DNA of 57,462 nucleotides, the filler included, from Bipalium vagum (lineage: Eukaryota): the NCBI GenBank assembly GCA_037834085.1. It is 3 parts of 3 records of this genome, joined end to end, with 100 filler letters (N's around TTAATTAATTAA, not from the genome) between each part and the next. Parts side by side here need not be neighbours in the genome. Positions count along the whole stretch, not along the records: positions 39,544 to 57,462 come from JBBMKC010046556.1; 2 more parts are not named here. One strand, given 5' to 3'. The position numbers and the translations under genes were made by a program. Shown here piece by piece: positions 52,201 through 57,462 of this stretch (its first letter is position 1; every line of letters starts with the position of its first letter). The notes beneath the pieces were generated by a model. The model was given only the letters and a program-made list of their open reading frames with translations, had not been told where the DNA came from and made no database searches.

Positions 52201-55200
52201 ATTGGATTGGTGTTAATCCTCTTATGCAAATGTCTGTAAATTTGACAATTGTCATCTTCAACGAATGCAATCAATTAGTCATCATCGATATTGAGTGTCT
52301 GACCTGTATAAAGTGTTCCTTAAAAATTTTATTTTGTATTTTCGAATTTCTCTTATTAATATTTTGCAGTAATCCAAATCCAAACATGTTTTTCAAACAC
52401 ATCATATATTACCTGGACTCCCTCTGTTCTCGAGTGGTGGAAATGGTGTTTTGATTAATCTGACTCTGAAATTCCAAGCTGTCAAATTTAATTGGAATGA
52501 AATGACTTAAGAAACTGTTCTGTTCCTCTTTAGCAGAGCAGAAAAAGATGTTTCAAATAAATATATTCGGTATTAAAAAGTTTGATACAGTAAAACAAAA
52601 CCAAGAAATAAACGAATCATGAAAATTAATGTTACAACATAATAATGAATATTTCAAGAAAAATGGAAAAGAACAAGAAATGAAAAAATAAAATCAATAT
52701 TAGTTTGAAACAATTTTGACTTTGAAAATAAATTAATTGGAGGTCTAATTTCATTATGAATGTCCACACAGAAAGGGAAGAAAAAAATGCCCACAAAACC
52801 AGTAGGTAGGAACAAGCCAAAATCTTCTCCGAAGGATCAGAAATATCAAAGACTGGATTAGGCGAAAGAATTATTTATCCAGATATTTATTAAAACAAAA
52901 ATCAGTTATTCTTCGCCAAATAAAAACGCCATTTTAGGGTCAGAGTCAAGAGATGGTGGAAAAAAGATGTTCAACGTGACACTGATAATTTAGGCAAAAG
53001 AAAGAATTTGGTGATCATGATGAGGTCTTATAGTGCAATTCAGTCTTGCCAAAACAACCCTGAACAATTTTAGTGGCCATGTTATTCTAATGATTTTTAT
53101 CAAAGATATCAGCACTTGAGGTGAAGTCATTCTTGATTGAACAATTTCGGCTTTTTCGGTAACCGCTAATTTTTTTTATAAATAATGTTGTAATTAAATG
53201 TTTTTAATCTTCAAGATCTTCAAAACTTTGATCATTGAAAGACTTTATCTGAACATCTGTTACTAGACATTTTCAAGTCGTTTTGAGGGGTGACCCAATC
53301 CATACTTCACGTATTTTCTTTCGTTTTTTAATGATTTCTTATATTTTTATTTTAGATTTTTTTCTTTTTTTTAACAAGAACAAAAAGATCTTTTGTTACA
53401 GTAATTGTTTTTAGTAGTACACTAAGCCCACCCTGACCATTGTTTTCGGTACACCTGGGCTGGTTTCAGACCCATGGCCTACAAAGACGTCTGTTGGCGT
53501 TCAGACCCACTTTTGAATTTTTTTTCATTATTATGTGCAAGATTAGATTAAAACAAATTATTATTTTCTTTATTATTCAGAAAGCCTTTGTTTGTAAAAG
53601 GTTGAAAATATAAAGAAATAAAATATAAATAAAATATGAATAAAAGATAAATAAATTAAATATAAATAATAAATTAAAGATAAATCATTTAAATAAAAAT
53701 ATATAAAATAAAAAAAAATTAATTAATTAATTATAAATAAAAAATAAATCATTTAAATATAAATAAATAACCAGAAAAAAACTGAAAAAATAAAAATAAT
53801 ATAAATTAAAAATAAATAAATTTTACAAATATAAAAAAGAAACATTAAATAAATATTTATGTAAATATAATATTTATTTTTTCAAGGCATTTACAATTCC
53901 TCTTTAAGCGTCTTCTCTTTTCTTTTATATGGTTAATGACTCTTCGAAGACATATTCAAGCAACTAATTCAATCGATGATCTTTGTTAAAACTGTTAATA
54001 GTAATATCATGACCAAGGTCTTTATGGCTGACTCCAAAAACTAAGTTGATTTCTTCAATTATCCAGTCCCACTTTAAAATCAACAAAAGATAAATCCAAA
54101 AACGTGTTTATTTATATCCTTATTCATACCAAAGTTGTCACGAAATATCTCAACAATATTTTCAGTGCGAATATTTTAATATTAACGAAACCCCAAAATT
54201 GTATACCTCACATCGTAATTAAATAAATTAATTTTTTAGTCTAAAGCTTTATTAAATCGATAAACAACACAACAGCAATAATCAAGTAATAATATCTCAA
54301 GTTTCAAAACAGAGTTAATATCCCTAATGCTCCTGACTAACCTCAAAACTAACTGATCCTTCGTATATACCACAGTGTTCTTAAGAATATCTCCATACGA
54401 CACACCATTTAAATCAATTAAAATGTTAGCCCAGGTAAAAGAAATAGAAGTGAGATGAAATCAAAATGAAATAAAGGTGAATGAAATATATTAAAAATAA
54501 TTGTCTAATAATTTACTAATGAAATAATTCACGTTAACTTTGGTCGATTTCGGTTTGAGCCCCACGGAATTTCACCGATTCTACCAACCTTCAGAGTTCG
54601 TGACAGACCCGAACAAAATCCCGGTCAGAAGGAGGTGTAATACCAACTGAACAATGGTTAAAAGTTTTCACCACAATCTTTGAATTCGACAAGTATGATC
54701 TTGGACTTATTATTTTTCTGAGAGCTGATTTTAACAGGTAGCTATAGTCATTAAGGCCATTATATGTCAGAACGGAGAGCTGATTGCTTTTCTGTGTTTC
54801 TGGTTATTCAATTTAACAAAAAAATCAAATATTTTGTCCCATCTGAGAAGTAGTTATCTCTGAAAATCCGATGCTTGTGAAAATGGAAAGTAATGAACAC
54901 CAGGTAAACAGTGTTCAGGAAATCTAAACAAACGATAATCGGTAGAAACCAAGTACATTCCAGTCACAATAATTTGCTCCGGGTAACCAGGACAAATATT
55001 ATAGTGATGGTAGACAATGATCTTAGCATTTGCATAATTTGGATCCTTTCCGTTTGTTTATTACGTTTTATGGAGGTACATGTTCTAATTAATATTTTGG
55101 ACAGTTTGCAACACATTATAAGTAATAGAATACTTTATAAAATTCACATATAACTAAATATTATGAATTGTTCCCTTTTGTCGTCCATACTGTTAATTGA

Positions 55201-55311
55201 ATTTTAGCAGAATTTATGATGTTGTTCCGGAAATAGTGTCGTTTTTGTCCCTGTCATTTATTACACATTATTTAAAAAATTTTTCTTTTGTTTTAAAGCG
55301 TTTATCAAATA

Positions 55312-56430
55312 TTAGGTTGTCCAGTATGAAATTGCTGATTTTTCATATTAATTTTCAAATTAAAGTTAATCACAAACGTTAACAATAAATTGTTTGTTTA
55401 TATTTACCAAATTAAAATGTAACTTTCAAACTTTAATATAAATATAAAAGTAAGCATATTAATTTAAAGTAAGTTTTTGTTATCGTTCTTTACCAGGCAT
55501 GGTTGATCAAAATATTCGAGTATGCATATTATACGAGTTCAAACTTAACCACAATGCATCAGAAGCAACTCGAAACATTAATGTTGCATGGGGTGAAGGT
55601 AGTATAAGCGAAAGAACACAGATATGGTTCAAAAAATTTCGAGACGGGGCCTAAGTCTCCAAAAACAAGACCGCGGAAGATCCAAGTCCCCCTTAAATGA
55701 AGCCCAATTGAAGTCGGCTGTCGAAGAAAATACCAGAACAAATGTGAGAGAACTTGCTCAAGTTCTCAATGTGTTCAAATCAACAATTTCCATCCATCTA
55801 AAAGGGATTGGTAAGATTAAGAAGCTTGATTCATGGATTACCCATGATTTAACAGAAAATCAACAAAAATATCGATTGCAAATCTGTTTGTCATTAATAA
55901 ATCGGAACCAAATTGGTCCCTTTTTGTCTCGTATTATTACATGCGATGAAAAGTGGATTGTGTACAACAATCGTAGACGATCAGCGCAATGGTTAAATGC
56001 TGATGAGAAGCCGAAAACCATGTCTAAACCAAGGTTTCACTCCAAGAAGACTATGATAACTGTGTGGTGGTCTGAGGGTGCCTTAATACATTACAACTTC
56101 TTGAAATCATGTGAAACAATTACCACACAGTCATACTGTCAAGAAATTGAGGCTATGCACACAAAGCTGATTAAAAAAACAGGTCTTGTAAACCAAAAGG
56201 GCCGATCTTGCTTCAGGATAATGCAAAACCACATGTTTCTAAAGTAACCGTACAAAAATTACATGACTTACAGTACGACGTTTTGCCTCACCCAGCTTAT
56301 TCCCCAGATCTGTCACCTACAGATTATCACCTGTTCCAGAATATGGATGCATTTCATAATCATAGAACCTGCTATGAAAAAGAAATAGTTATGCGTAATT
56401 TTCTTATACGGATATTAAATGGGCCATAAA
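55312..56430 (+). mobile_element. mariner (DD34D) element, near-complete transposase pseudogene
   Basis: TIR TA-TTAGGTTGTCCAGTATGAAATT. ATG at 55499 (MVDQNIRVCILYEFKLNHNASEATRNI), then WITHDL, TCDEKW, QDNAKPH and HPAYSPDLSPTDYHLF. Two frameshifts; 3' end lost. Confidence 0.92.
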
Positions 56431-57405
56431 GACGCTCACACAAATCTTTAACCAACAATACACGCAGAGAAGTAACAACAGACAAATGATACAGTATTGG
56501 TTTAAAAAATTACTCGATAGAAATAAGACCTGCGAAGATCATGAGTGAAAGACTATCCCCGAAAAGGACAAATAAAAGGTTTTGTCTCGAACTGGTGTTC
56601 CATTTATAAAAGTTCGTGAGCTTGCAGAAGAAGTTGATGACTTTATTGAAGCAACTTGTGAGAAATTAGTAAATCAAGAAAGTTGAACAAGTAGGTTCCT
56701 CATCAATTGTACAAAAACAAAAAATATCGTTTATTTGAAGCTGCGTCTTCGCTCAATTTACAAAATAATAGTGATCCATTTCTCAACCGCAATGTGAAGT
56801 ACGATGAAAAGTTGATTATATATGACTACCGAGGTCGCTCAACTCAATGGTTAGACCATGGTCAAGCTGCACAACATTGCCATAAACCAAATTTACATTA
56901 AAAGAAGATGATGATGATGGTTTGTGGTCTACAGCCGATCTCATTCGTTACAGTTTTCATTACTTGGACGAAACCATTACGACAGACAAATATTGTTATG
57001 ATACCAACGATATGCGCTTGAAACTTTGACAACATTGGTTATTGTTAGTCAAAGGAAAAGACCGATTCTTCTCTATGATAACATTTATTCGCATGTGGCA
57101 CAATCGACTTCACATATTTCAAACTAGTTAGGATACGAAATCTCATTCATTGTACTTGTAAGACCGTTTATCCATTGATCACCAGGGAAACTTCTTGAAG
57201 AGAAAATATTTTAGAAATCCATATGATGCCATAAAAAACCTTCAACGATTTCGTCGATTGCAGAACTCAAGAATTTTACTCAACGGCTATAAATAAACTT
57301 CGGTTTTATTGGTTAATTTCGATTAATTAAAATTATTCGATTTTATTAAAACGATGCATCCAAAGTTCAATGTTAAAAAGCGACATTACTTTTTGAACAA
57401 CCCAA
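56430..57405 (+). mobile_element. Second, more degenerate mariner copy with 3' TIR
   Basis: YDEKLIIYD...QWLD...HKPNLH. Terminal CATTACTTTTTGAACAACCCAA-TA. Confidence 0.8.
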
Positions 57406-57462
57406 TAATACTCTACACAGATGTCTTGTGAAAATTATTGTGTGGGCATGAATTTAATAATA

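Noticed and set aside
1-57462. CRISPR arrays, tRNA/rRNA genes, prokaryotic defence systems
   Set aside because: The DNA is intron-containing and eukaryotic. No regularly spaced repeat-spacer array or recognisable structural RNA was seen.

Overview
This is very AT-rich eukaryotic (animal) DNA. Gene content, 43-59 nt introns and the transposon complement suggest a flatworm, probably a triclad planarian (inference). Two artificial N44-TTAATTAATTAA-N44 linkers (21430-21529, 39444-39543) split the window into three blocks that may not be contiguous in the genome. Block 1 holds a 5'-truncated, 17-exon, minus-strand bark beetle/anakonda-like tricellular-junction scavenger-receptor gene (about 2590 aa reconstructed by hand, ending in a PDZ-type motif, ESEI). 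Block 2 holds a 5-exon flatworm-type small heat-shock protein gene with two alpha-crystallin domains (p40/Tsp36-like) and an intronless 90-aa two-TM orphan ORF. Block 3 holds an Sp5/buttonhead zinc-finger gene. Its upstream region carries a compact cluster of TCF/LEF HMG sites paired with GCCGCCR Helper sites, including a near-symmetric Helper-HMG-HMG-Helper module: a candidate bipartite Wnt-response element and the most interesting signal here. The rest is decayed mobile DNA (Tc1/mariner, rosa-like, maT-like, pogo, a MITE, Polinton PolB, an RLE-type non-LTR element) and microsatellites. No rRNA, tRNA or CRISPR array was seen.
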